Below are positions 31,301-38,313 of a stretch of DNA of 64,000 nt, piece after piece (the first letter of the stretch is position 1; every line of letters starts with the position of its first letter). A program made the position numbers and the translations under genes. This DNA is from Cryomorphaceae bacterium (GTDB lineage: Bacteria > Bacteroidota > Bacteroidia > Flavobacteriales_D > Cryomorphaceae). The DNA is taken from assembly GCA_003565555.1 (NCBI GenBank), contig PXBH01000145.1, positions 9,334 through 73,333 of the forward strand, in the 5' to 3' direction. Below the pieces are notes generated by a model, which was not told the origin of the DNA, ran no database searches, and was given only the letters and a program-made list of their open reading frames with translations.

Positions 31301-33617
31301 TGAACGGGATTACCAGCGTACAGCCATTGTCATCCGTTACTGTGAGGTTGTATGATCCGGCGGCAATCCCGGTTTCGTTCGGTGTGTTGTTTGTCGGGTT
31401 GCTGCTCCATTGATAAGTGTATGGAGGGGTGCCGCCTGTCACGTTAGCCTCTGCCGTTCCGTCGCTGAACCCGTTGCATGTGGGCGGTGTGACGGATACG
31501 GAGCCCGTGAGCGGGTCGTCGGGCTCGGTGATTTCCGCTTCGGCAAATCCGATACAGCCGTTTACATCAGTGATGGTCACCGTGTAAATGCCGGCAGGTA
31601 CATCGATGATTTCGGGACCCGTTTGCGGAGGTACTGTATTCCAGAGGAAATTGTAGGGCCCCGTACCTCCCTGCGGGATGATGCTCAGTGATCCCGTGCT
31701 TTCGCCGAAACAGAGCACATCCGTTCGTTCGTCCAAGATTCCTGTCACTTGGTCAGGTTCGGTGAGGGTGACGGTTGCGGTTTCTTCGCACCCGGCAGCA
31801 TCGGTTACCGTAACCGTATAGGTGCCGGCAGCAAGGTCCGTTGCGGTTTGTCCCGACTGGGATGTGGGGTCATTCCACTGGAAGGTGTAGCCGGGTGTTC
31901 CGCCCTCGGCCGTAGCGGTTACCTGACCGTCTTGGGCGCCGTTGCAGGAAATATTGTCTCCGCCGGCAAATTCTGAGGCCAGGATTGTAATTTCGATGGC
32001 AGGATTTTCCTCGATTACCGCCTCAAGGGTTTTCGTGCATCCTTCGCGGTCTGTCACAGTTACCGTGTAGGTACCCGGAGCGAGGTTCTCAAGGTTTTGG
32101 TCATCCGAAGTAAATCCGTCCGGCCCCGTCCACGAAAATTCATAAGGTGTTTCTCCGCCTGAGACCGTCAGGTTGACCGCACCTTCATCCGCTCCGGCGC
32201 ATTCGATGTTTGTGACGTCGGCGTTCAGCAAAATATCAGACACCCTTACCTCTGCCGTAGTACTCGTGGTGCATTGTGCTACCGATGTTGTCAGGGTATA
32301 AATGATGTCCTCATCGGGAAACGCCGTGGGCTCGGCCGCGGAAGGATCCGTGAGGAAATCAGGCGGTGACCATTCGAATGCGGTACCTCCCTCATTTACC
32401 GAAAAGGTAAGACTGTCGCCCAAGCAGATGAAAGACAGGGGTGGAACCACCTGCACGCGGAGTGAATCCTGAATGACGAACACCAAACTATCTTGGACCG
32501 TACCCGGACATTGCGGGTTGCCCACATAGAAGATGATGGTTTTGTCTTCACCGTCTCCTACACCTTCGAAAGGTTCTATATCAATGGTTACTGAAGCTTC
32601 ACCTGCGGGAATGGTGATGGTTTTCGGTACGTCGGGATCGGGGTCCTCACCGATCAGGGGGTAGTCGGTGCCGTTTACCGCAGTACCGCCGATGAAGTAA
32701 GTCACCTCAAGCGGGCTGCCCGTTACCGGATTTCGCGTGAAGGTTACGCTTCCGTTGTTGCACCCTCGGATCATGTTTTCTATGCCGCCCACGGTTTCAC
32801 TTGCCAGTGTAATGCTGTTGCTTTCGATGGCCTCGATGAATACGCTGCTGTCCCATTTGCGGTCGCCCACATCGGCAATCACCAGCTTGAGCTTGAAAGT
32901 ATCACAGGCGTTTACAATTCGCTGCGCAAAAAGCCCCGTTGTCCAGCCGTCGTATTCCAGTTGGGTGCCGAAACCGGGCGGGTTGGCCACAAAAAATTCG
33001 GGGTTTTGAGGAGGGAAGCCGATGTCGGGATTTCCGTTGTTGACAGTATTGATGCCGACGGGGATGCTTGTTCCCGGGATGAGGGCGATGTTTTCAAAAT
33101 CGTCCAATGCGGGATCTCCTGTGATGCCCGGGCCTTTGATGAAAAAGGCGAAAACATCGTTGAAAGGAGTACCCACATATTCCTCATACTCTTCGCTGGC
33201 GAAGGTGAAGTCGAAGCGAAGGGTATCGCCCACGGGAACCAGATCAAACTCAAAAGAGCATGCATCAAAACTCGTTTGGCCCGCGATCGTTGTAATCAGC
33301 GGATCTCCGGGGGTGCCCCATTCAGTGCTCGTTACAGAGCTGGTGTTGGGTCCGGGAATATCAAAAATATTTCCTGTGGAGAGCACCAGACCCGTACCGT
33401 TGGCAAAATTATCTACGCCGGAGATATCGTAAACACCGTATGCGCTGTCAGCACAAGTGATGACGGGGTTTAATATTTGTACCCCGTTGCCGTTGATAAG
33501 TTCGGCGAGGTCTTCGGGAGTTTGACCGATCTGTAGGTCAATTTGCTGCGCGGATACCCCCGCAGAAACCAAGAAAAACAAGCCGTTGAAAAGTCTTCGT
33601 AGAATTTTAAAATTCAT
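25350..33617 (-). CDS. T9SS type-B-sorted giant surface protein: choice-of-anchor-L-like N-domain, Calx-beta-like domain, about 27 SprB-type repeats and a type-B C-terminal sorting domain
   Basis: 2755 aa with signal peptide MNFKILRRLFNGLFFLVSAGVSAQQ. N-domain motifs are FASEEYEEY, NDVFAFFI, EYDGWT and ADVGDRKWDSSVFIE. The C-terminus reads GISPNGDGFNDGLIVRGLEDFPNNRIMIFNRWGNILYEE...GTYFVVLE. Confidence 0.93.
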   Translation of the reverse strand: MNFKILRRLFNGLFFLVSAGVSAQQIDLQIGQTPEDLAELINGNGVQILNPVITCADSAYGVYDISGVDNFANGTGLVLSTGNIFDIPGPNTSSVTSTEWGTPGDPLITTIAGQTSFDACSFEFDLVPVGDTLRFDFTFASEEYEEYVGTPFNDVFAFFIKGPGITGDPALDDFENIALIPGTSIPVGINTVNNGNPDIGFPPQNPEFFVANPPGFGTQLEYDGWTTGLFAQRIVNACDTFKLKLVIADVGDRKWDSSVFIEAIESNSITLASETVGGIENMIRGCNNGSVTFTRNPVTGSPLEVTYFIGGTAVNGTDYPLIGEDPDPDVPKTITIPAGEASVTIDIEPFEGVGDGEDKTIIFYVGNPQCPGTVQDSLVFVIQDSLRVQVVPPLSFICLGDSLTFSVNEGGTAFEWSPPDFLTDPSAAEPTAFPDEDIIYTLTTSVAQCTTSTTAEVRVSDILLNADVTNIECAGADEGAVNLTVSGGETPYEFSWTGPDGFTSDDQNLENLAPGTYTVTVTDREGCTKTLEAVIEENPAIEITILASEFAGGDNISCNGAQDGQVTATAEGGTPGYTFQWNDPTSQSGQTATDLAAGTYTVTVTDAAGCEETATVTLTEPDQVTGILDERTDVLCFGESTGSLSIIPQGGTGPYNFLWNTVPPQTGPEIIDVPAGIYTVTITDVNGCIGFAEAEITEPDDPLTGSVSVTPPTCNGFSDGTAEANVTGGTPPYTYQWSSNPTNNTPNETGIAAGSYNLTVTDDNGCTLVIPFNISQPATINIAVVSISDADCFGAETGSVTVNATGGTSPFTYSWDTDPETAGPALNDVSAGTYTVTAVDANGCEETLEITIGEPVSELLVSLDVTDPTCSGFTDGAVTAEADGGTLPYSYTWNTTPPASGAALSDLGEGSYTVTVTDANGCTETATAELTAPDPITISVAALQNVLCNGDATGSVSVDLTGGTEPYDLQWNDPAAQTGTEATDLTAGSYTVTVTDANGCTASLTVEITEPAEPLGGTIISITDVLCFGDGTGQATVAGTGGSGSYSYQWNDPAGQQTSTAANLLPGTYEVTITDNNGCETPVVLTVEIQGPDTPLEIELLPSEFGGGFNVACADDSTATINLNITGGTPPYDILWNLPGIDTSTEQNLTDLAPGTYSVTVTDANGCEENASVTLTAPDPISITAETTPSLCFGAPEGSIDIEIFGGVPGYTATWEGPNGFTGTGTSLEDIEGGIYFLTVEDANGCIYLDAVTVVQPEDLTITVDSISQYGPFNTTCWNSQDGAIFITPGGGVTPYAYTWNTPGNPAFSNQQNVSNVGPGTYEVVLIDDNGCVENEFIEVIGPDTLAVEFELSEYDNGFNISCNGETDGSINAVPSGGTPGYTFLWIGAGGFGPVFDNPITDLPAGEYSVLIQDANGCTFSEAVEINEPPAFSIQLIAEVINGSNISCEGAADGAVNLIISGNTGPYDIAWTGPDGFTSTDEDLFDLPAGTYCVDVTDVNDCTESACITLEAPEPLTAGLIPFVYPNGGNLSCGGAEDGSITSEVNGGTPPFNYSWTGPGNFTASTADISDLVEGTYCLTVTDANGCTAEACTELIAAPEIELNLEVSEGLLCQGDEDGSITAAVSGGAAPYDFAWTGPDGFTAATQDIENIGAGLYCLTVTDAEGCTAEACISLEAPQVLDVVLTASSFEGGFGTSCEDEADGFILSTVSGGSAPYTYEWSGPNGFTAATADITDLPEGTYCLTVTDTNGCEETLCATIESPEALQAVADVDAPDCGDAETADVTLNVTGGTPPYTFNWSSGQSTASVALPEGSYTVIITDANGCEETLTVNVEFPPAVFVTLESPIFPGGFNIACNGENTGSINAIITGGEGALDYAWIDGADNLISDQPGPLENLAAGTYCLEVTDENGCSGSSCITLTEPAPLAVSFTGADALCAGSEDGSVSASVSGGVPAYNIAWTGPDGFTGTGSTISQLAAGEYCALVTDLNGCTVTACFDVEEPAPLSLNLIPEEENGVNIVCAGEASGAIVSEVSGGTPGYTYSWSGPDGFFSPSPNIQNLFAGTYCLTVTDANGCTEEVCTELIEAEGATVDVDIFTYPNGFNTGCGDACDASLSVNITDGTGPFEVAWVGPGNFESDLTVLEDLCHGSYTLTVTDGNGCEQVITVVITRPDPIAIDLESPVFGGGTEISCFGFDNGVINTEVSGGIDGLSYSWTGPDGFTSDQPDLQDLAPGTYSLTVTDGTGCEASAEITLTAPEAPLTAVAEVSEFPSGDNIGCEGDENGSVTVTTQGGTPPYNFTWLGPNDFTAETADIDNLGPGEYSLIIEDANSCTFTINVTLTEPELPFETEVVSVTEIDCFNGETGEIQVLASGGSSPYQIAWEGPDGFTSGDFFLSDLPAGEYTYVSTDVNGCTSEGEITLEDGIEIVIEGTVTPADCDAESGIITIAVTGGTPPYSFLWTTGEESQNLINVGEGTYSVTVTDENGCTAEATYTIDAVNELAFDASVTEPDCFGDENGSITLEVTGGEAPVLFTWEGPDGFSATGEEILGLGAGTYIVTGLDANGCIVEDSISVTSPDPLEIQELVSPLYNNGFNVQNFGGSDGVINRPEAEGGTMPYNFSWTGPGDFTFTGDGELGGLEAGDYTLVVTDARGCTDTASVTLTQPVPLQLPNGISPNGDGFNDGLIVRGLEDFPNNRIMIFNRWGNILYEEDNYTNDTPWMGTNNSGENLPEGTYFVVLEIRDRDALRGYLELRR
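25620..32225 (-). repeat. Array of about 27 tandem SprB-type repeats (about 77 aa, about 230 nt each) inside the giant gene
   Basis: Hand count of the recurring core C-x-G-x2-(D/T)G-x9-GG(T)xPY-x-x-W...L-x-(A/P)G-x-Y-x-(V/L)-x-V-x-D-x-NGC. Confidence 0.85.
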
Positions 33618-33650
33618 CCTGTTCGAGTTTGATCGTGCGCAGTAGTTCGG

Positions 33651-34010
33651 TTATCGGCAGTTTTGTCCGCGCTCTGCAGCAGGGACGGTTTTCACCGATT
33701 GAATATTTTTTGTTTTCAGTATTTCGCCTGCCGTTTTCGTAATCTCCTCTTCCATAGCATCTATCCGTTTCGGATAGGAGGCATCCACGGCGATCACCAG
33801 CATGTTCAGGTCTGGGCAGGCGGCCTCGAGCTGCATTTGCGGGTGCGCTTCAAAGGCGGCACGTATGCGTTCCGATTGAGCTTCGGACAGGGATTTGGTC
33901 TCCACTTCGAAGTACCTGAAATACTTTTCCTGGGCTTTGCATTCGGGCATAAAGGCAGTGACGGAGAGTATGGCCGTACATGCCGAGAGAAATAATTGAT
34001 TGAACTTCAT
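33651..34010 (-). CDS. Small secreted hypothetical protein
   Basis: 119 aa with signal peptide MKFNQLFLSACTAILSVTAFMPECKAQ. It ends 33 nt upstream of the giant gene on the same strand. The 110-aa ORF on the opposite strand is judged to be a shadow. Confidence 0.6.
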   Translation of the reverse strand: MKFNQLFLSACTAILSVTAFMPECKAQEKYFRYFEVETKSLSEAQSERIRAAFEAHPQMQLEAACPDLNMLVIAVDASYPKRIDAMEEEITKTAGEILKTKNIQSVKTVPAAERGQNCR

Positions 34011-34183
34011 CCTTTTGAATTGTCGTGGGTGGAATGCCTTATAAATTCCGTTAAATGTAATATATCGGATGCGCCGGCCTTTCCGGAAAAACGAAAGTTT
34101 TTAAGACCGTGGTATCAATAAGTCGCTATTAAATTTTGCGATGCAAGGAGGAGCTCGATCTGCCGGCGCTTGTATGCCGCAGA

Positions 34184-34924
34184 TTACACTTCGCGCCGCT
34201 GCCTGACTGCGTCAAATAATACAACAGAAGCGGCAGCCGAGACATTCAGTGAACCTACACTCCCCGCCATGGGTATGTGGATGCTTCCGTCCAGCGCTTC
34301 CTCCATCGCAGGGCTGATGCCGGTGTCTTCAGCACCCATCACGATGGCTAAGGGCATTCGCAGATCCGCCGCGAAGTACGGCGCTTCTCCCGATTCATGA
34401 CAGCCCAAAACTTTCACCCCGCTGTTTTGCAAAAAGGCAGCGGTATCCGTCAGAGATTTTTCCTTGCAAACGGGGATTCTCAACAACGCCCCTGCTGACG
34501 TTTTTACGGCATCTTCGTTGATTTGCGCCGCGCCGCGCGCGGGAATGATGATGCCGTGGGCGCCTGCGCATTCGGCAGATCTGCACAGGGCTCCGAAGTT
34601 TCTTACATCCGTGATGTGATCTGCAATTACAAAAAGCGGCGTTTCCCCCTTTTCGTAAAGTGCGGGCAGGAGCCATTCCAGGTTGGCGTATTCAATCGGG
34701 GAAATGTAGGCGATAATTCCCTGATGATTCTTGCGCGTGATGCGGTCCAGCTTGGCTTTGGGTACATATTGTAAAGGCACGGAAGCCTCCCGAAGCATGG
34801 GCATGAGTTTCCTCATATTGTCTATTTGCAATCCTTTCTGAATCAGTACTTTTTCAAACGTTTTTGATGCTTCAAGGGCCTCTGATACGGGGTGTATCCC
34901 ATAGATGACATTGCTCTTTTTCAT
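34184..34924 (-). CDS. rlmB: SpoU/TrmH-family rRNA 2'-O-methyltransferase, RlmB-like
   Basis: 246 aa. N-terminal substrate-binding region begins YGIHPVSEAL. The C-terminal SpoU knot reads LAIVMGAEDTGIS...IPMAGSVGSLNVSAA. Confidence 0.8.
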   Translation of the reverse strand: MKKSNVIYGIHPVSEALEASKTFEKVLIQKGLQIDNMRKLMPMLREASVPLQYVPKAKLDRITRKNHQGIIAYISPIEYANLEWLLPALYEKGETPLFVIADHITDVRNFGALCRSAECAGAHGIIIPARGAAQINEDAVKTSAGALLRIPVCKEKSLTDTAAFLQNSGVKVLGCHESGEAPYFAADLRMPLAIVMGAEDTGISPAMEEALDGSIHIPMAGSVGSLNVSAAASVVLFDAVRQRREV

Positions 34925-35057
34925 AGGATGTGCCGGATGGTGATTCGTGATTTTTTTTAATTATGCAGTTCAAAAAGCGCGGTGCGTAAATGTCAGGTCC
35001 GTATGGTTTCACCGTGCAAAGATCGGCAGGCCCGCAAGTCCGTTGCGGTGCGTAATT

Positions 35058-36368
35058 TCAGTAGACCCGCCCGTTGCGCCAAGCCTCCAGAGATCGGTAC
35101 CAGGTAGGTTTGTAGTATTCTTCGCGGTTTAACCTGAAGTCGTTTGTGGTAAACGGATTGATGACCTTTACAAAATTGAAGGTGATGGACATCGGATTGT
35201 TTTCCTCTCCGTATATCCAGGTTTCTATGGTCGAACTTCGGTATACCTTGTTTGGTTTTCCGTATACGATGTATACCAGCCCGCGGTCCGTTTTCCACCC
35301 GTCTACATGCGAACTGAAATAACGGTTTGCGTCTTCCGCGCGCCCGTAAAAAGCCTCTATGGCGGCCCGGGCCCTTTCTTTATTGCCGCACCAGTCCAGC
35401 CAGTACATTTCAATTTTCTTTTTTCTGTTCTCTTCCTCCAGAATAGATGCAAATTCTTTGCTGCTGAGCAGATAGCGGAAGGGGTGCGCCATTTGCGCAA
35501 CTTCTGTTATGTCCGGATGGTCGGGATGGCCTACGAAGAGTGTGTACCCTTCTTTCTGTTCGGGGTCATTTCTGAAGTGATAAAATCCGCCTTCCTCCGG
35601 GATGAATCTGAATTCATTGTTGCTGTTCAGCTTCACCGTAAATACCGAGTCAGGTGTATAGTCAAAGGGGCGCGGCTCGTAGTAGGCAAAAGGAGGCGGA
35701 GGCATCGGAAAATTCCTTTTGTACCTGCTCACATGAACAGTTCGGTCTTTGCTTGCATTGGTTTTTACAATGTAGGCTTTGCCGGGAGCTATGCGGTCGC
35801 CGAATTTCGGTATTCGGATATCGCTCTCTGCAGCCAAAAAGTAATGACGTGAATTCGGATATTGCTTGTCGCACAGAAAGAATTTTGTGATGTCCCGTTT
35901 TCTGTTGAGGTCGGTGATTTCAATGCGAATGCTGTAATCCTTCCCTTCGGGCAAAGCAATATCTGTTGCGGCCAGCAGGTCCTTTACTTCTTTTTCATTG
36001 TCGGGGTCGTCGATTCGGATGGTTTTTGCGCGAAGCTTGAAGGCGGCGTCATCGCCCAGGACATAAGGCGTAATGATCACCTTGACGCGTGCGGTATAAC
36101 CCGAATTTCCGCCGCGGGTGTAGAGCAGGGATTTGGTGTTTAGCTTGATAAAAAACCGCGAAGAATCAGCGTTGGTATGAAAGATTTGAAAATCTGTTTC
36201 AATATTCAGGTCCTCAGCGCTGTAATCCGAAACGGCGGATCGGTTCAGGTCGGATCCCGTGCCGCAGGATCCGAGCATGAGCCCTGCCGCCAGAGCCAAA
36301 AGGCAGCCCGCGCGCGAGACACATGCACCTATATGCCCGTACCCGTGTATGGTCAGGTTACTTTTCAA
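35058..36368 (-). CDS. GWxTD domain-containing protein
   Basis: 436 aa with an N-terminal signal/lipoprotein region. Signature HVDGWKTDRGLVYIVYGKPNKV and IETWIYG. Confidence 0.85.
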   Translation of the reverse strand: MKSNLTIHGYGHIGACVSRAGCLLALAAGLMLGSCGTGSDLNRSAVSDYSAEDLNIETDFQIFHTNADSSRFFIKLNTKSLLYTRGGNSGYTARVKVIITPYVLGDDAAFKLRAKTIRIDDPDNEKEVKDLLAATDIALPEGKDYSIRIEITDLNRKRDITKFFLCDKQYPNSRHYFLAAESDIRIPKFGDRIAPGKAYIVKTNASKDRTVHVSRYKRNFPMPPPPFAYYEPRPFDYTPDSVFTVKLNSNNEFRFIPEEGGFYHFRNDPEQKEGYTLFVGHPDHPDITEVAQMAHPFRYLLSSKEFASILEEENRKKKIEMYWLDWCGNKERARAAIEAFYGRAEDANRYFSSHVDGWKTDRGLVYIVYGKPNKVYRSSTIETWIYGEENNPMSITFNFVKVINPFTTNDFRLNREEYYKPTWYRSLEAWRNGRVY

Positions 36369-37695
36369 GCTGTTTGGAAGTTTTGATTCCCAGTTCTTCG
36401 AGTTGTTTGGCTTGGCTGATGAGGTTGCCTTGCCCTTCGCTCAATTTTCCCATGGCCTGTTCGTGCGCTTTTTTTGTTCGGTCCAAGTGGACACCGATGT
36501 TTTCCACATCATTTACAAAGTTGCTGAACTTTTCCAGAAGCAATTTACCTCTTCTGGCGATTTCGAGGGCATTTTTATTTTGATATTCATGCTTCCAAGT
36601 GGAATGAATGATCTTTAGAGATGCAATCAATGTGCTGGGGCACACCATGATGATTCCTTTGTCGTAGGCTTCGTTAAAAATCGCCGGATCTGCATTCAGC
36701 GCGGAAAGGTATGCGGGCTCCACAGGCACAAAGAGCAGAATGAAATCCAAATTTTTTCCCTCTGCGGCTTCCTGATATTTTTTTCCCGAAAGGTCGCGGA
36801 TGTGGCTGCGCAAGCTGGTGATATGGGCCCTGAGTTCCGCATTTCTCGACCTCTCGTCGTCGGCCCCCGAGAAGCGCTCATAAGCTGTAAGCGAGACCTT
36901 GCTGTCCACAATCACCCATTTGTCGTCGGGCAATTTGATCATGACGTCGGGCCGCAACCGCTTTCCGGCTTCAGAGGTATAGGTCTGCTGGATAAAGTAT
37001 TCTCTGTCTTTGATCAGTCCCGAGGCTTCGAGAATGCTCTCTAAAATCATCTCGCCCCAATTGCCCTGCACCTTGCTGTCGTTCTTCAGGGCTTTGGTGA
37101 GGTTCTCTGTTTCGCGACTCATCTTTTGTCCCGTCTCCCGCATGTGCTTGAGCTCCTCGCGAAGTCCTGTAGCTTGCATGAGGCTTTCTTTGTGCGAGGT
37201 TTCCACCTTTTCTTGAAATTCCTTGAGACGCAACTTCAGCGGCTCCAGGACACGGTCCATGGTTTCACGGCTCTGCACATTGAATTTTTCGGTCTTTTCG
37301 GTAAAAATCCTGTTGGCCAAAAGCTCAAAATCTTTCCTGAAGACCTCCTGCATTTCAGTGATGTCCTTGCGAAGCGCTTCAGCCTGTTTTTCCGCCGCCG
37401 TTTGAGCGGTCTCGGCGCGTGCGGCGCGCACGGATGACTCGGCAGATTTTTCGCGCCACTTTTCCGCCTCTGCTTTAAGGGCTTCCAGACTTTCCCGCTG
37501 CATCTCAAAGCGGCTGCGCTCTGAGGCTACTTCGCTTCGCAGCGCTTCGGCTTCGGTGCGCAGGCGCTCGCGTTCCGGGTCTTGCCCTGATTTCCGCAGG
37601 GCGATGAAATATCCCGCTGCAAGGCCCACGGTCGCACATAAAATTCCTAAGACGAGAATGGTAGTGTCCAATGCTCCGAAGTTGGCAATACTCAA
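36358..37695 (-). CDS. rmuC: DNA recombination protein RmuC
   Basis: 445 aa. N-terminal TM helix, long coiled coil, and a C-terminal RmuC-type domain (VMIKLPDDKWVIVDSKVSLTAY, FILLFVPVEPAY). Confidence 0.85.
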   Translation of the reverse strand: MSIANFGALDTTILVLGILCATVGLAAGYFIALRKSGQDPERERLRTEAEALRSEVASERSRFEMQRESLEALKAEAEKWREKSAESSVRAARAETAQTAAEKQAEALRKDITEMQEVFRKDFELLANRIFTEKTEKFNVQSRETMDRVLEPLKLRLKEFQEKVETSHKESLMQATGLREELKHMRETGQKMSRETENLTKALKNDSKVQGNWGEMILESILEASGLIKDREYFIQQTYTSEAGKRLRPDVMIKLPDDKWVIVDSKVSLTAYERFSGADDERSRNAELRAHITSLRSHIRDLSGKKYQEAAEGKNLDFILLFVPVEPAYLSALNADPAIFNEAYDKGIIMVCPSTLIASLKIIHSTWKHEYQNKNALEIARRGKLLLEKFSNFVNDVENIGVHLDRTKKAHEQAMGKLSEGQGNLISQAKQLEELGIKTSKQLEK

Positions 37696-38297
37696 TTGTT
37701 GAGAATCACCACAAATGTACCAACTTCCGTGCGATCGTAGAGATCGGCGACGTCGGTATTGCTCATACGGACACAGCCTTTGCTGGCCGGGACTCCCAAA
37801 AGTCCTTCCTCATGGGTGCCGTGGATGAAAATTCCTCTGGAATACGAGTCGCAGCCCTCGCCGGAATTTATGCTTTCCTCCATGCCGCGCAGATGGAGTA
37901 TTCTGCTCGTAATTATGTCCTGCCCTGTGCTTACGCTGTCTTTAATAATACGGGCCTTGCCTCCCGTGGGCATTTTATTCTTGATGACGCTGTTGAGGGG
38001 CAGGTCTCCGCCCACTTTCTCAGCCACCGAGTGCAGGCCTTGCGGCGTTCGGTATGAGCCGGATTGATTGCCGATCCCTTTTCTTGAGGTGGAGATCACG
38101 TAGGTCTTCTCTATTTCGTCACCGTCGATGATGTAAAGCTTTTGTCTTTTTGCGGCTACGTAAATGAAGCGGTCAAACTCTCGGTCGGCATACTTAATGC
38201 TGAGGTATTCGCGCAAAAAATCCACCATCGGCGTCTCTTCTTTTCCGGAAGGGCCCGAAGAGGTAAGCGCCACCCAAATGATGAGGCCTGCGAGCAT
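37692..38297 (-). CDS. L,D-transpeptidase (YkuD family)
   Basis: Catalytic motif IHGTHEEGLLGVPASKGCVRMSN. The start is set at the internal Met (MLAGLIIWVAL). The ORF-track start at 38393 would overlap the upstream gene by 80 nt. Confidence 0.85.
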   Translation of the reverse strand: MLAGLIIWVALTSSGPSGKEETPMVDFLREYLSIKYADREFDRFIYVAAKRQKLYIIDGDEIEKTYVISTSRKGIGNQSGSYRTPQGLHSVAEKVGGDLPLNSVIKNKMPTGGKARIIKDSVSTGQDIITSRILHLRGMEESINSGEGCDSYSRGIFIHGTHEEGLLGVPASKGCVRMSNTDVADLYDRTEVGTFVVILNN

Positions 38298-38313
38298 CCG
38301 CACATACGCTATG

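Noticed and set aside
25620-32225. Periodicity of about 230 nt that could superficially suggest a repeat array such as a CRISPR
   Set aside because: The periodicity is protein-coding (SprB-type repeats in one continuous 8.3-kb ORF). The units are diverged at the DNA level, and there are no short identical direct repeats with unique spacers. I saw no CRISPR array anywhere in the window.
34925-35057. Direct repeat ttacgcaccgc (two copies, minus-strand sense) between the GWxTD gene and rlmB
   Set aside because: It is an 11-nt repeat present only twice, with no convincing hairpin plus T-run or promoter box. It cannot be distinguished from chance.
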